A DNA stretch of 64,000 bases, from positions 434,001 to 498,000 of the forward strand of contig CBFDEM010000027.1 in NCBI GenBank assembly GCA_965603825.1, given 5' to 3'. The DNA is from Blepharisma stoltei ATCC 30299 (lineage: Eukaryota > Protista > Ciliophora). Within the stretch, counting starts at the first letter, position 1. Every line of letters starts with the position of its first letter. The notes under the pieces were generated by a model. It worked only from the letters and a program-made list of their open reading frames with translations, searched no databases and was not told the DNA's origin. This document shows, one piece after another, positions 1-13,878 of the stretch. The translations under genes were made by a program, and so were the position numbers.

Positions 1-3000
1 TATTTCAGCTTAGAAATTATAGAATATATAATAAGTCGGCTTCACATTAAGGTTTCCAATGTACAATTAAGCATTAGACATCAAACTTGTATATCGGCAA
101 ATGATATTAGTATTGATAAAATTGATAAAGCTGAGGAAAAGAAAGATATAGACACAACCTCAAAAGATAGAATCAAAATGGGAAGAGGTAGTATTGATAA
201 AATTGAAAATAGTGTGGAAAAAATAGAAAGAGACTGAATCCCAAAAGATAGAATCAAAACGGGAAGAGATAGTATTGATAAAATTGAAAAAAGTGAGGAA
301 AAAATACAAATAGACACAACCCCAAAAGATAGAATCAAAACGGAGAAAGATAAACAGCTTGAAATCAGCCGAGAACTGTTTCTTTCGATTGGAAAATTTA
401 GTATAATTCCGACTGATGAGCTGTTTGAACCAATATACGACGAATATGAAAACTGGGTTTGGAGTAAACTGGAATCATTGAGGCTCTTTGGGAAAAGATT
501 AGAAGGAAACGAACGACTGATGTCACAAAGTGCAATTCAATTTAAAATTATAAGCTTTACTGATATTGAAGTAAAATGGGCTTTTTCACATGAAAAAATC
601 CCCAGAAAAGTGGCTAATCTTGTTGAATCATTTGACATTCAAATAAAATGGAGCTCAAAAAATATCAGATTGCTAGCAAAATCCTCTGAGCACGTAGATA
701 TTGATTTAAATGTCGAAGTATCAAATATTCACTTAACTGCAGATGAAGAAGCTTTAAGGACAGCTATCACTTTTATAAATTCAATATCCTCAAGCAAAAG
801 TCCTTTATCAGCCTACCAGCATGTATCAGGAAAAGACAAATGGGCAATAATTAAAGACAAAATTGTTGAAAAAGTGAGACTGAGATCGTGGTGATTTCTA
901 ACAAGAAAAGTCCTTTGAAAAAGTGTTTACCAAAAATTATATGCAAAACACCATCTAGGAATCATTGAAAGCTCTGAAAATGCCCAAGAACAAGAAGATT
1001 TCAACGATCCAATACCTGACCAGTCAGCAAATAACTTTTCTTCACTTTCTTCAGTATCTCCAAAAGAGCTCTTAGATCGTATGCAAAGCATTGACAAAAC
1101 TTCATTGCAACGATTAAGCTCTAGAAGTGATGAAGATAGCGTCTCCTCAGGCCTACGGCAAATGAAAAACATGTGAAGATCAGCTTTAGAAAAAAAACCT
1201 AAAAGGTCTGATGATTTTTCTACAAGCACTATTTCTCTTAAAAAAGTTAAAAGCAAAATTATTCCTGCTATCCATTTCAACAGCAATTGCCCACCTGCTT
1301 TACTAGAAAAAGCATTAATGGTCGATCTAGAAAGGCATCTTTCTCTTGATGAAATATTAATGTATCGGCAAGAAATGCTGGATAAGCTTACTTATGAAGA
1401 ATTTAAACGAAGTATTGATGAAGAAGCTTCTAAAACTTCCTCATTTACCAATATTTTGAATTATTTTATGAAAAAAGGAGGAATTGAAATAGTAAATGCA
1501 ACTAACCGAATAGCCAATTTAGAAGTTAAATTAATTATAGAGTCTATTGGCTTTACATTGCAAAGACGAATTAGCGCAAAGGATAGCCAGAGTAATCCAT
1601 TTCTGAAGTTTTTAATTACAAGGCTTGAGCTCAATGGAAGTATCCAAAGCTCAGAGCCAAGGATAAAAATCAGAGAATCTGAGTATGAAAGTACTGTCTT
1701 ATTCACAATTTTGACAAGAAAAATAGAACTGAATGATGTGCAGAATTGTTCGCAGTCATCTTTAGTTAAACCTATATTAAAGATTAAGAAAGGAGCCAGC
1801 CTTGAGTTTGAACAGAAATATAAACAAGTATTAGTTAAGCAAATTTTAGATATCCAGGAAGAAACCTCAATTTCTGTCATGATACCTTGGATTGACTTCA
1901 TCATAGTTCCACAAACAATTCATGACATAAAGCTGTTTGCTCAAGCTCTTATTATGGTAAAGCCTAGCAAATATGAAAATACATGCTCGTTTCTGGATTT
2001 GATGGAGTGTTTCCAACGGACTCATCTAAAGCCATATGCATCGCCAAATATAAAATGTAAAATGAATATAAAAACTTTAAATTTAGTTTTTCCTAAAGAA
2101 TACTCAGAAGAGCCGACATATTCAATTAGATTTGAAATTGCTGATATAATTATGAATCATGCTTTTAGTGTACACGAGTTCGAGATTAAGTATATTGAAG
2201 TACAAACTGGATTGCTACCTCTATTCAAGCTCAAAGAGGTACCACCACTGTTTTCACTGATGAGAACAAAATATTTGAGTATTAAAATAATTTTCCAAGA
2301 GCCCATCAAAAAGCTGCTAAAACCCGAAAAAATGAAAATTGAAGATATTTATCTAAAACCATTAGAGATCAGCATTTCTGGAGGAATTATTGATGTGGAC
2401 ATCAAGCTTGAACATATATTCCAGACAAGCAGAATTTTTGAAGCATGGAAGCGTTTGAGCTCAGACTCTTATGAATATAAATACGACAAATCAAATTTCC
2501 CCTTAGGTCTTAAAAATACTTATATGGACTTCAATTTGCGTCGGTCGGTTATCGTGTGCTTACAAAGGCAACAGGTAATTTCTGCAAATTTCAATGCAAT
2601 TTGCATAAAATTGTATACAGATTCTAACCAGTTTGCTTTGATCATAAAACAGCCTGCACTAAGCCTAACTTCTTTCTTTTTTGACCACTACCTGATTTTT
2701 AGATCTAAAGAAGTTACAATAGTTGAGCATTCAAAACTTGACCAGACCCCAAAAACCATCTTGTATATGAGAGCAATGTTCCCTATTGACAGTCTTGCCA
2801 ATGGGGATAAATTGAAAGCTTATGATTTATTTGGGAAACAAGAACCTGGGATATTTGTATTTATGAAAACTCATGATGCCAAATCTCAAAACTTCAGGAA
2901 CATTGAGCAGGAAATCGAATTGGGACTAGGCCAAGTTGATGCCTCTATCAGTATTCCTATGATTAAACACATCATGAGCATTGTGAGTGAATGCTCTCAA

Positions 3001-6000
3001 TGTGTGTCAAGCTCACCAACCTACTCAATACAAGCCCCTGATTTCTTTAAAGACAAGCATCCTCATATTTTAAATAAATTACTAGTGAATACAAGTACCC
3101 TCAATTTACTTTTTTATAAAGATAATCAGCCTTATTATACAGTTCTAGCCAAGAGATTTTTATGCTCGATAGACAGTTACTCAAATAAAATGCAAGCAAG
3201 ATTGAGCGTGATAGATCCCTGCTTATTAGACATATCACTTGTAAGCTCCTACAATCCTGTGATTCTCGGTCCAGCGACCTCTGTCACTCCAAGAATTGAC
3301 ATTAATTTTATTTCTTACAGCAAACTCCCTAAGAACACTACAACTCAAACCTTGTTTGAGCTCAGGGCATCAGATATAAAGCTCACTTTTCTTAACCGAG
3401 TTTTGCTAGAACTCATAAACTATTTTTATGATGGCATATATAGTACTTTGCTCCCAGACTCAGAGCCCTCAACCGAAAGCCAAGGACGAACTGAAGTTTC
3501 ATTAATTTTTCTGAATTCCACTATATTTATGCCAAGGAATTCTATATCAAATGATGGGATAGTTGCTAGAATTACCTCACTGACCTTCGGAAATAATGAA
3601 AACTCTCAATCTATAGCCACAAAAAAATTCTATTACGAATTAGACTTAGCCCAGAGGAATGATAAAGCTGAAAAATCAGAAGGTAAACAAACACCACCTG
3701 TAACAAATGATGAGTTATTAAGACTAGAAAGAGTGAGCTCATCAGGACTTTTCCAGAAAAAATTGAGAGAAGGAACCTCAAACAAATCTAGACAAGAATC
3801 AATTAAAAAATTACTGAGAAAAACCATAAAATTTGAAGGTTTCGCAGAAGCACCTGCACAGCCGTGTGTAGTTGATAACTTTGAAGTCTATTTTTACGAC
3901 CCTGACTCAAGTTTAGTTCAAGATTGCGATCGAGAATCGTTGCCCAAAATTACACATCCAGCAGAAATTGACAGCAAAGATGAAGAAAAAGAAGACCAAA
4001 AAGAAGAAAAACAGCTGCAAAACATGCTGAGGACCAGAAATCTTCCGATCCCACTTGAAGATATAAATGACGAATCAGCTAAAAGTTTTGAATCAGAACA
4101 GTTTGACCAAATAGACTCAGAAGAAATGCCCTGCACTTATTTAGGGCGAGCAAGCAGCAGCGTGATTAAATATTGGCCCACGGGTGACCATTTAGAAGAT
4201 GAACTAGAGGAGGACGACAAAAAGCATGCCAATAGAAATGTTGCAGATCAGGATTATATTTTGCATGTCCTTGAATTTGATATTGTTGACACACAAAATA
4301 CCAAAATTACGACCAATACAATTGACTTCGACCTATGTCTTCATTTTTCTGTTGTAAGGCTTGGTCTACTTGAAATAAGCCTTAATTTCACTTACCAAAG
4401 CATTGTTATAGACCTATTTAGGGACCAATACAATTTGCTAATGAAAATATTTACTGAAAACTTTTTTGAGCTTCCTAATTATCCGCCTTCATCCATTGAT
4501 AGTAGCAATAATGAGAATTGGCTTGAAATGAAGATAAAAATCAGTGAACTTGTCCTGTATATCATTGATGGAAACACTGAAGAGATGTTTTCTGAAAAAA
4601 GGCCTTTTGAAATTTATTATAGCACAAATCTCCTTTGCAGCTTAGCTTGCCAGTCTTTAGATATTTATTTTGAGCTCAAAGGGAATGGACAAAAAAATAT
4701 ATCAATTAAAATCCAATGAATAGAAATTGATGATAAGCGAGAAACCAGAATTTTAGACACGGATCATTTATATCCTATAGTTTGCAGTCTTTCGTATATC
4801 AGATCACATAGAAATGAAAGTGAAAATGAAGGGCCTGATCATTATGATGGCTTGACAAACAGCCCACAGATTGAAACAACTATTTTTATGAAGGGTAAAA
4901 AAATTATTGACGTTACCATAAATGACACAGCGACCTATATAATTGTTGATTTCTTGACTTCAGTCAGTGGGTTTTTCCAATGCGCGTTTAATGCAACTGA
5001 ATTTCCAGTCCCAGACAATATAAAATACATACACGATTCAGATCCTCCTGGGATGGAGCTGAAGCTAAGAATCATTGACTGAAGCTTGATTTTTTTGACT
5101 TCTTATGAGAGTCCAGAGGATCCAGCAGTTTTACTAAAAATCGGATCCATGGTGTTAGATGTTAATTGAGATAAAGACTGCTTTATTGGACCAGGGTCAT
5201 TAACATTTAAACAAGTTATAGAATTTGAAAATGCTTATCTCGTTAAAGGAAATGACATTGACTCAACAGAAGCTAGAAATTTTAAGCCTATTTTAGAGCC
5301 TTTTACACTCTTAGTTGATTATATGTTTTATAAGCCAAAATATATGGGGAAGTGAGTAACAACTCAAGTCAACATAAGATCGCTAAAGGAAGATAATTCT
5401 GACTGAATTTTCCATTTAAGTTTTTCAGTTATAAAATCATTCAAAGAAATATCTAAACTTCTCAGCAGACCTACAGCTACTCCAACTCTACGGATAATCA
5501 AAGCTAAAACTGAACCAATCCCTGAAACAGCAAAACTCGAGCTTCCAGATATGCTTAAAAGAGTCAGTTCCTTAGCAGTAGACTCTGAATGTCAGCCTCC
5601 AGGAGAAGAAGAAAAAAATGAATCCTTGAATATCGCCTTGTACGGAGCATGCATAAATATCATGAATGACCAAACGCAGCCAATCTTTAGACTAATTCTT
5701 AAAGAAACTTTAGGAGCAATCCAACATGATATACAAGAAGAGGCAAAAGTTGCATGCTTTTTCTGTGTACTCGAGCTCGATTATTTTAACCAAAGACTAA
5801 TGACGTGAGAACCTCTTATTGAGCCTTGGGGTGTTGAGATACAGTTATCAAGCACAAAAGACTCTGTGAGTGTTGACTTGAAGGAGTATAGCAATTCTTT
5901 GCAGGTGAATATTAGTTATGCACTTATAGAATCTTTAGGATACATTTATCCAGAGTGAAGCGCTTTAGATGATATAAGAGAAAGCCCAACTCTCGTAGGG

Positions 6001-9000
6001 AATCCTTACTGTTTTGTAAATCAAACTGGTCTTCCTATTAAAGTTGATATAAAGCAAGCTACCTCAAGTAATACCGTTTCAAGAGAAATTGCTGATGGCG
6101 AATCCAAAGATTTTAATAGTGATGAGTTTGACTATAGTGCAAGACTGGTTCACTCTAAAAATATAAAACACATTTTGAGTGACAGAAAATCTATAGATAT
6201 TGACGTTAACCCATTAGAGAGCAACCAAGGAAGCAGAAAAAAATTCACACTTCGGTTCAAGAAGATTACAGGTATAGAAATTGATACCCCAGATACTCAT
6301 ATTTTCTTGCTTGACTATCTAAATGAAAATTCGAAAGGTGTAGAAATCAAAACAAAAAAAACGAACCAAAACCAATCTAAGCTTAATTTCTTTAAAAAGT
6401 TCGAAGCTTTTTTCATCGAGGAAGAAGACATGAAAAAGTATAACGAAGAAGAAATTGACATATCTGCTTGCTTTAAGTGCCTTAGACCCAAAAAAAAGAG
6501 AAAGAAAGCTCCAAAGCAGATGGAGTCAACCATGGATAAAGATTACCATAATATTGTGCTATTAGTTGCTGAAATACTTTGAAACCAAGAATTGGCCCAG
6601 AAAACGATAATCATTAGATCATCTATTACTTTGGTTAATAATCTGCCAACCCCTCTGATAGTATCATTTACAAGAGACGAAAACTTGCAAAACCCACTTA
6701 AAGAAGCAGAAGTTGAGCCAATGGGGAAATTGTCGGTTCCTATTGTAGCGGTAAATAAAGGCCAAATGTTTGTTAGGCCTAGAGGGAAATATGAAGTGTC
6801 AAGGGTTATTGGGAAAATTGCTAGTGGGAATACTAGCATTGACAGTAGTGAAATAACAAGCGCAAGTGTTATAGAAACAAAAAACGTCACTTTGTCAGGT
6901 CTTAAAGGAATAGTTGATGAGAATCTGCTTTGCAGACCTATTATGAGCTTTGAAAATAAAGAAGAAACTTATTTAGACCTCAAATTTATTCCTTTATATT
7001 GCAAAAATCAAGACGAACACCTAAATGAACATTTCTTTTGTGCATTGACAGTAAAAGAATTGCCAAACCGCACTCCAGTCAGGAAGAGTCAATCTGCTAT
7101 GAATGATCAGCCTGAAATAAAAAAAGAAAACAGAGGTATCATAGGCTATAAAAATAAAATAGAAAGTCAAGGTAAAAGATATAAACCTGGCGATGAAACT
7201 CTTGATAGCTTAGAATTAAAAAAAGAAATAGACCTCAGAGATGCAATACATGAAAACGAACTAGTGATTACCTCAGCTGTTAGCTTTACTAATGCTCTCC
7301 CTATGTTTTGTATGATGTCTACCTGAATTGATAATATGAAACTAAGAGAAATTACAGTAAGACAAGGCGAAACCTCTCATTTATTTTACCTTCCATTTTT
7401 CGACAGCCGTATAAAAATAAAGGTTAGGCTTCCAGGCTGTGAATGGTCACGGGAATTATGGCTGAATTTAATGGACATTGAAAAAGAGGAAAGAATCCCA
7501 TTCAGGATGACTGACAAAAACGATGTAGATAGCGCTCTTTACTTGTGGCTAAGAGTGCTTAAAGACGATTATGGGTGCTTTAGGCTTACTTTGTATTCAC
7601 CATATTGGATTATCAATAAAACCTCATTAAAACTGCAATACGCTGAGCCTTCATTAATAATGGGAAATAAAATCAGCCAGAATATTGATAAAGAAGATGA
7701 ACAAGCAAAAATTGAGAAGGATGCGATGTCGTCGCCATTAAGCAGGGATGATGATATTGACGAAGAAGAAATAAAAAAAGCTGAATCAAAGTCAGCTCAA
7801 AATCAAAAAAAAGAAGACGAATTAAAAAGAGTCAGGCTAACCAAAAGCTCAAGACCAAAAGAAGGAGATTTGCAAGTGAAATTTTTGGATACGTATACTA
7901 TGGGAGGCGGCACTGGAGGAGAATTTATGACTTGTCAATCAGAAGGTCCCAGAAATAACAGTGAAAGGTCTGCTGACTATCCGATCCCGAGAAATCCGAA
8001 ACGAGAAGGAAGCATCATCTCACATTTTACACACAATCCTAATGCGAAGTGGAAGCAGATCGAGCTGTTTTCGACATCTAAACAAATGTCAAAGTTAAAA
8101 GTGGCTATATTAGATAGCGAAACTGAGGTCATTACATCACATTGGTCACCCAATTTCTCGCTAATTAACTCAGGGACTTCTGGAGAAATAAGCATTGTAA
8201 AGTATGATGACGGCCAGTGTGACCTTGGAGTTACTATAGAAAAAGGAACAGGTATTTTCCAGCTCACCAACGTGATTACGTTCCGCCCTTCAATTCTGCT
8301 TAAAAATTTGCATCAGAGAGAGTTTTTAGTGCAGCAGCAGGGGGCTGCCCAGGATGATTTTATTACGCTGAAAGTTAACCAAACTATACCGTTTTGGTGG
8401 TCTCATGCAAAATTGGAAAAAATATTGAGGCTCTCTGCAGATGTTGCTCCTTCTACTGGAGTTGCAAGAAAATGGTCGGGAGGATTCAGGATACATGAGC
8501 TTGGAGAATATTTTATTCGGCTCCCAACAGAAAATAAGCTTAAAACTCATGAAAAAGATTATGTTCAAATTTCAGTCGTCAGTAGTGATCCTATGATTAT
8601 AGTGCAGTTTGTGAACACAACTCAATCCCTTCCTTACAAATTTGAAAATCACACAGATCACGACATTGAATATGCCCAAATCATTGGTATGAACAGTTCT
8701 ATGCAAGAAAAGCGGAGGACACTTAAGCGAATGACAGACGGTGTGCCAACTTGCGAATTTTATACCTGGGATGAAGAAATTTCTCCTCATTTTATTCAAA
8801 TCTATATAAATGATGTCAAAAGGGAATATGAAATCGACCGAATTGCTACATATACTATAAACATTGGTAAAGAGGCCTGAAAAGAAGCATTAGAAAGAAA
8901 CATAGAAAAAGTCGGAGAAATCTACGTGAAGACTTCAAGAGTAATGAAAAGCAAAAGAGTGACTGCGAAACTTGCTGATAAATGGCTAATTCTGGAAGGG

Positions 9001-11205
9001 GCAGGCAAAATCAATCTAGAGTTCAACTGCACCAAGCTAATTTATCACTCAGATAGAAGGTTCGAGATTAGGTCGTGCATTAAATCTTATTTATTTAAAG
9101 GGATTGACGCTAACGATGCTATGGCTTGGTATGATAAAATAGAGGCTGCGTTTAAAGCTCCAAAGCAAGGCACCCAACAGTATATTTACGTCCAGGTCGA
9201 GTTGAAATCAGCAACCCATATCATGAAATTTCAGAACTGCCCAGATTCACTTATAAACAAAGCTGAAAAACATGACGATAAATGCAAGGTTGGTAAAAAG
9301 AATGAGTTTGAAAACCAGAATGATGAGCCTGAAGTAATTCCTGTGCTTTCATTGCAGCTTATGATAAAAGAAATAGGGATATCCCTCATTGACTCTGCTC
9401 CTCAAGAGCTTCTTTACTTATACTTGTGCGGCCTTTCCATGAGATATGATAAATTTAAAGACATGACAACCATGCTAGAAATTTTGTTGTCTATGATGAA
9501 ACTAGATAACCAACAAGAAGATGCCCCGATGCCAGTTGTAATAAATCCATATTTTCCTAACTCAAAAGCAAGAGAGCAGGAAAACACTTTTTATTTCCAA
9601 ATAGTCAAAGAGGCAGTTAAGGAAATTGATAATGTGATCAGTATATTTTTCTCACTATCGCCATTAGAAATACAGATGGACGAGGCTTTAATTATTGATA
9701 TGCTGGGATTTATTAATTTTGTGAAACAAAGCTTTAGAACTGGATCTGATTCAAATGAAACGATTATTGAAAATGCTCCGACAATTATAGGTGATAATGG
9801 AAACAATTTAATGAGATGCTGCTCATATGATACTAGCGCAAAAATTATGCTGGAAAAAGCAGAAGCACCACTACTGCTAGACTCAGAAAAAGACTTGCTG
9901 TCAGATAAAAGAATTTTCATACAAAAAATCCAGATAAATCCTTTAGAATTCTGTGTCACTATTGATAAAAATCATTATAATCGAAAATCTAAGGCGACAC
10001 AAACGAATATTATACAGATTTTAGCAGATTTAGGCTTTGCACTTACATCAATAGAATCAACTGAGCTTAAACTTGCAGGATACTATATGACCAATATTTA
10101 CCAGCCAAAATCTCAATTTTTTAACTCAATGTTCAATCATTATCGTTCTCAAGCTATAAGGGAACTCTATAAAATAGTAGGCTCTGTAGAGCTGCTTGGA
10201 AACCCAGCTGCATTGATTAATTCTCTAAAAGCAGGAGTCACTGAAATGCTTCTTTACCCTACTGTTGCCTTATTTACGTCACAAAAGCAATTTGTGCCAA
10301 CTCTACTTAAAGGGGGTGTTGGGTTCGTCAGACATACTATGCATGGACTGTTTAAGAGTTTTGGCAACTTAAGTGGTGGAATTGGAAAAGTCCTGACTGC
10401 TTTAACACTTGATAGAAATTTCCAAAATGCCATGAGAGCTATGAAAGCAAAAAAAAAGAAAAATTTGGGTGATAGGATTGGGCAAGGGTTTAAACAGATT
10501 TCTTATGGATTTTTAAATGGGATTACTGGGATTATTACCTCTCCTATAAAAGGAGCTACACAAGGAGGATTGCAAGGATTGCTAACTGGCATTGGAAAAG
10601 GGATTATTGGGACTGTTACAAAGCCTGCAGCTGTCATTGTGGGGACTATGAGTGATGCCTTCTCTGGGATAGGAAATTTTGCAAAGAAGAAACATAAGCT
10701 GAGACTTCAAGGGAGAATTAGGTTCCCTAGACCTTTTTATAAAGACAAAGTCTTGTATCCTTATGAGCCTATTAATGCTATGGGGCAATTTGCAATGAGG
10801 AAATACAATAAATTATATCAATTCGAGCAAATTTATTTTTACTCAGAAGTCAGGTATAGAAAAATTAAATTTTTCTTGATTGTTTGCCAAATTGGGATCT
10901 TCATTATAAAAGAAAAAGATTACTATGGGGTAAGACTGCTAGCAAAAGATATTGTTGGAGTTCCTGCAATTGATAATAAATATATATCAATTACTTCCAC
11001 AAGCAAACCTTACTCGAAGCAGGAAAGAATACTTAAAGAGTGTGCAATTTCATATAGATCTCTTGAATCAAGAAGCCCTCATAAAATATATCAAATTCAA
11101 ATAAATATTGGGGGAATCATGGGTGGAGTTGAGCAATTGATTGAAGCACTTATGGATCTTAAGAAAGAAAACACTTCAGGAGAAACTTATTCTCCAAGAG
11201 ATTAA
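1..11205 (+). CDS. VPS13: VPS13-family bridge-like lipid transfer protein (5' end outside window; TGA=Trp)
   Basis: ORF fragments 478, 1318, 4852, 5551, 6175, 6592, 7336 and 8926 are all in frame +1 and each ends at TGA; the frame is open from base 1 and ends at TAA 11203-11205. VPS13 motifs: T[TGA]EPLIEPW, LYSPYWIINKT (VAB/SHR-BD), IGISLID..PQELLY, KLDNQ, GSVELLGNP, Gly-rich ATG2_C-like helices, RIRFPR. Confidence 0.92.
109..351 (+). repeat. Three imperfect 81-bp (27-aa) tandem repeats within VPS13 coding sequence
   Basis: AGTATTGATAAAATTGA...AAAAGATAGAATCAAAA recurs at 109, 190 and 271. Confidence 0.9.
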
Positions 11206-11626
11206 ATTTTATTGAAATAAGACTATTTGATTATTGGCTGTTATGCTTATATTTAGATTTTATAGGTATTATATTATTCTTTTGATAATTTTAGATTAGG
11301 GCTTTAAGATGAAGCATGCCGCATATAAATATTAATAAATTCAATAAATTTTCTACTCTTAGGTTGTCGTTTGATTAAGAATGTGTGCCTTTCTTCTCAT
11401 CTGCGGAGTTTTTTAGCCTTAATTTAAGTAGCAATCAATTTATGAAAAGATATAACTGCCCGAAACTAGATTAAATCTTAGAAAATGCATATTAATTTGA
11501 ATCTTGCATTAATTTATGATTTTTATTTCTAAATTTAATTTTGAAGCTTATTCTTTAGATAACCCTTAATTTCCAGAAATTCTAAAGACATAAGTAATTT
11601 AATATCCCTAAATTATAATAATAAAA

Positions 11627-12022
11627 ATGCCAAGAAAATCAGGAGGTATGAAATCAAGTGGCTTTTCAAGAAGCTCTGGGCCAACTAGATCTGCAAAAAC
11701 AGCTCAAGCTCCTCAGCAAACATATCAAGCCCCACCTATGCAGCAAAGCCCAGGGATGGTTGGCTCACTAGCAGGAACATTGATGCAAGGAGTGGCCTTT
11801 GGAGCAGGAAGCGAGGTAGCTCACCAAGCAGTTCGAGGACTCATGGGAAGCGGTAGCAGTCACGCTCAAGAAGCTCAGGTCCAGTCTCAGCCTCAACAAA
11901 TCCAAGAGCCATGCTCCCAACATAACCAAGACTTCTTAAACTGCCTTCAATTCAATAAAAATGAGATTGGAATGTGCCAAAGTTATCTTGACTTATATAA
12001 GCAATGCAAAGGCCAATTCTAA
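11627..12022 (+). CDS. CHCHD2/Mix17-like mitochondrial twin-CX9C protein
   Basis: Basic N-terminus, GVAFGAGSEVAHQAV segment, C-terminal CX9C-CX9C (CSQHNQDFLNC...CQSYLDLYKQC). Confidence 0.9.
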   Translation: MPRKSGGMKSSGFSRSSGPTRSAKTAQAPQQTYQAPPMQQSPGMVGSLAGTLMQGVAFGAGSEVAHQAVRGLMGSGSSHAQEAQVQSQPQQIQEPCSQHNQDFLNCLQFNKNEIGMCQSYLDLYKQCKGQF

Positions 12023-12149
12023 CACCTATTAACTTTTATTTTTAAAACCATTTGCTATTACCAAATAATTTTAATGTTAAAATTTTGTAAAATTCAGCTC
12101 TATTTAAAACTGATCATGATTATTAAGAATTAATAAAATTTTATTTTAT

Positions 12150-13310
12150 TTAGCGATAAAGTAACCACAAAAAGATAGTAGTCCATAATGGCATCATAAA
12201 AACTGCGAATCCATACACGAAAACGACTACTTTTGACATGTTTTCTTCTTGGTTTTTTCTGCTTTCACATATAACCAGCAGTTGAAGCGAGCTTGGAGCA
12301 GCAAAAATTATCATCATCATCAAGGTGAAAATTCTCCCCTAAATAAAGCTTACAATGGCTTCGAGATAATAAAGCCCACCAACTACGCCTAGGCCTATAA
12401 AAGGCATAATAATCAATTTGCCAGCTACTATAACCGCTATATGTAGGCTAAATAATTGTTACCTGCTAATATCAGCAGTTATAGGGTATCCATAGCTTAA
12501 ATTTGAACCCAAAATAAATGAAATTAATGGGGATGCACATCCACCAAAAGAAGACATTGCTTGGAATAAATTTTTCTTTAAGAGGGATCCTGAGCCTGTC
12601 CAAAGGTATTTTTGACTTAAGGGAATAAATGCAAAAGGAATTGCAAAAACTGCAGCCCATATCGGAGGAGTCATGCCTTTCTTTATTTTCCATAATAGAT
12701 ACTCGCCTCTTCCAAGATCTTCAGGTGTTATGTCAGAACTGTTTATTACTTCAGCTCCAGGTAGTCTTGGTAACTTTCTCTGCATCATTACTCTAAATAG
12801 GGATTACTCATAGCCGATTGTCCACTTAAAGATAATAATAAATATGGTATATATCAACACGTATTCTGTAGCCTTATCATTAAAATCCTTATCCGATTTC
12901 GTAACACTATCTCCTCCTAGGACAATTGCATATGCCAAAGGGTAGGCTGTTGTGTCCTGAAACCCTATACAACACATAATTAGCCTTCTAATGTCCCTTT
13001 TCGCCCCAGTTAATTTGGCTAAAATTCATCCCAACCCACAGCCCACGAGAGCGTGAAAGGTGGCAAGGCAAAATGCTATGCCAAAGTTTTTCATCTCTGA
13101 GATGTCAACATAGAGCAGCATGTTAGTGAATAGGAGACAAGGAAGGAGCAAGTAAATGATGATTTTCCCAAAAGTCTCGGTTCCATTCCGATCGAGAATC
13201 TATATGATAAATACCTTTGCACGGGTTAATATGACACCTGCACCAGCAATAAAAGACACTAAAACCGTGCCGTCAATTGCAGCTATGATTGAACTTAGAA
13301 TACCTGACAT
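12150..13310 (-). CDS. Auxin efflux carrier / PIN-LIKES (Mem_trans) family multi-pass transporter, 5 exons, about 366 aa
   Basis: ATG at 13310. Removing four 15-nt introns and reading one TGA as Trp gives MSGILSSIIAAI...LLLPCLLFTNM...MTPPIWAAVFAI...GGCASPLISFILGSNL...KLIIMPFIG...FAAPSSLQLLVIC..., stop TAA at 12150-12152. These motifs are typical of PILS/AEC proteins. Confidence 0.85.
12339..12353 (-). other. 15-nt spliceosomal intron (GTAAGCTTTATTTAG)
   Basis: GT-AG, A at position 10; removal deletes an in-frame TAG. Confidence 0.85.
12448..12462 (-). other. 15-nt spliceosomal intron (GTAACAATTATTTAG)
   Basis: GT-AG, A at position 10; removal deletes the TAA ending ORF 12459..12788. Confidence 0.85.
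12793..12807 (-). other. 15-nt spliceosomal intron (GTAATCCCTATTTAG)
   Basis: GT-AG, A at position 10; removal joins KWTIGY-E-VMMQRK. Confidence 0.85.
13200..13214 (-). other. 15-nt spliceosomal intron (GTATTTATCATATAG)
   Basis: GT-AG, A at position 10; removal joins LTRAK-ILDRNG. Confidence 0.85.
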
Positions 13311-13878
13311 ATTTAGTTTCTTTCAACAATTGCCTGAATGGAATGGCTATTAAGAGGGTTTTTAATTAGATCCAATAAAGTTATACACTTTTAATTAGTG
13401 TGATTATATTGGATTTTTAGATTTCTGAAAATTTCATATAAAAATTGAAGTTATTGGTTATTTTATTTTGTCCTTTTATTTAATTCAACATTTGTATTTG
13501 GACCTAAGAAGTGTCGTCTAAACTCAAATTTATGAATTTACTATTAAATTTTTGCGTTGGATAAGAAGATAGACAAATTTGAAATGAGAAATTCCCTAAA
13601 ATACCAAAGAAATAGAATTTTGACAGGATTGCTATGACTAGAATTGGATGATTTAATTTTCGACTGTTTAAATAATTAATGGTATAAATAATTGTATAAA
13701 TCGAATTAAGACTAAATGTCAAGAACAAGGTAAATAGTCTTCGTGGCCATTTTTAAATCATTGGAGGCTAAAAATTGAGGAGAAACAATTAATCAAATTC
13801 CGCATTCCATCTACTTATTTTCAAAATAAATAAATTTCAATCTCTTCGATAAATTAATCCAAAAATTATTAAATTAAT

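Noticed and set aside
81-10788. Antisense ORFs overlapping VPS13, and similar shadow ORFs elsewhere (e.g. 14237..14614, 26384..26962, 31979..32239)
   Set aside because: They are opposite-strand or alternate-frame shadows of well-supported genes, with no motifs of their own.
13156-13728. Short ORFs 13156..13353 and 13504..13728
   Set aside because: The first is antisense to the PILS-like gene; the second is AT-rich intergenic sequence with a non-ATG start.
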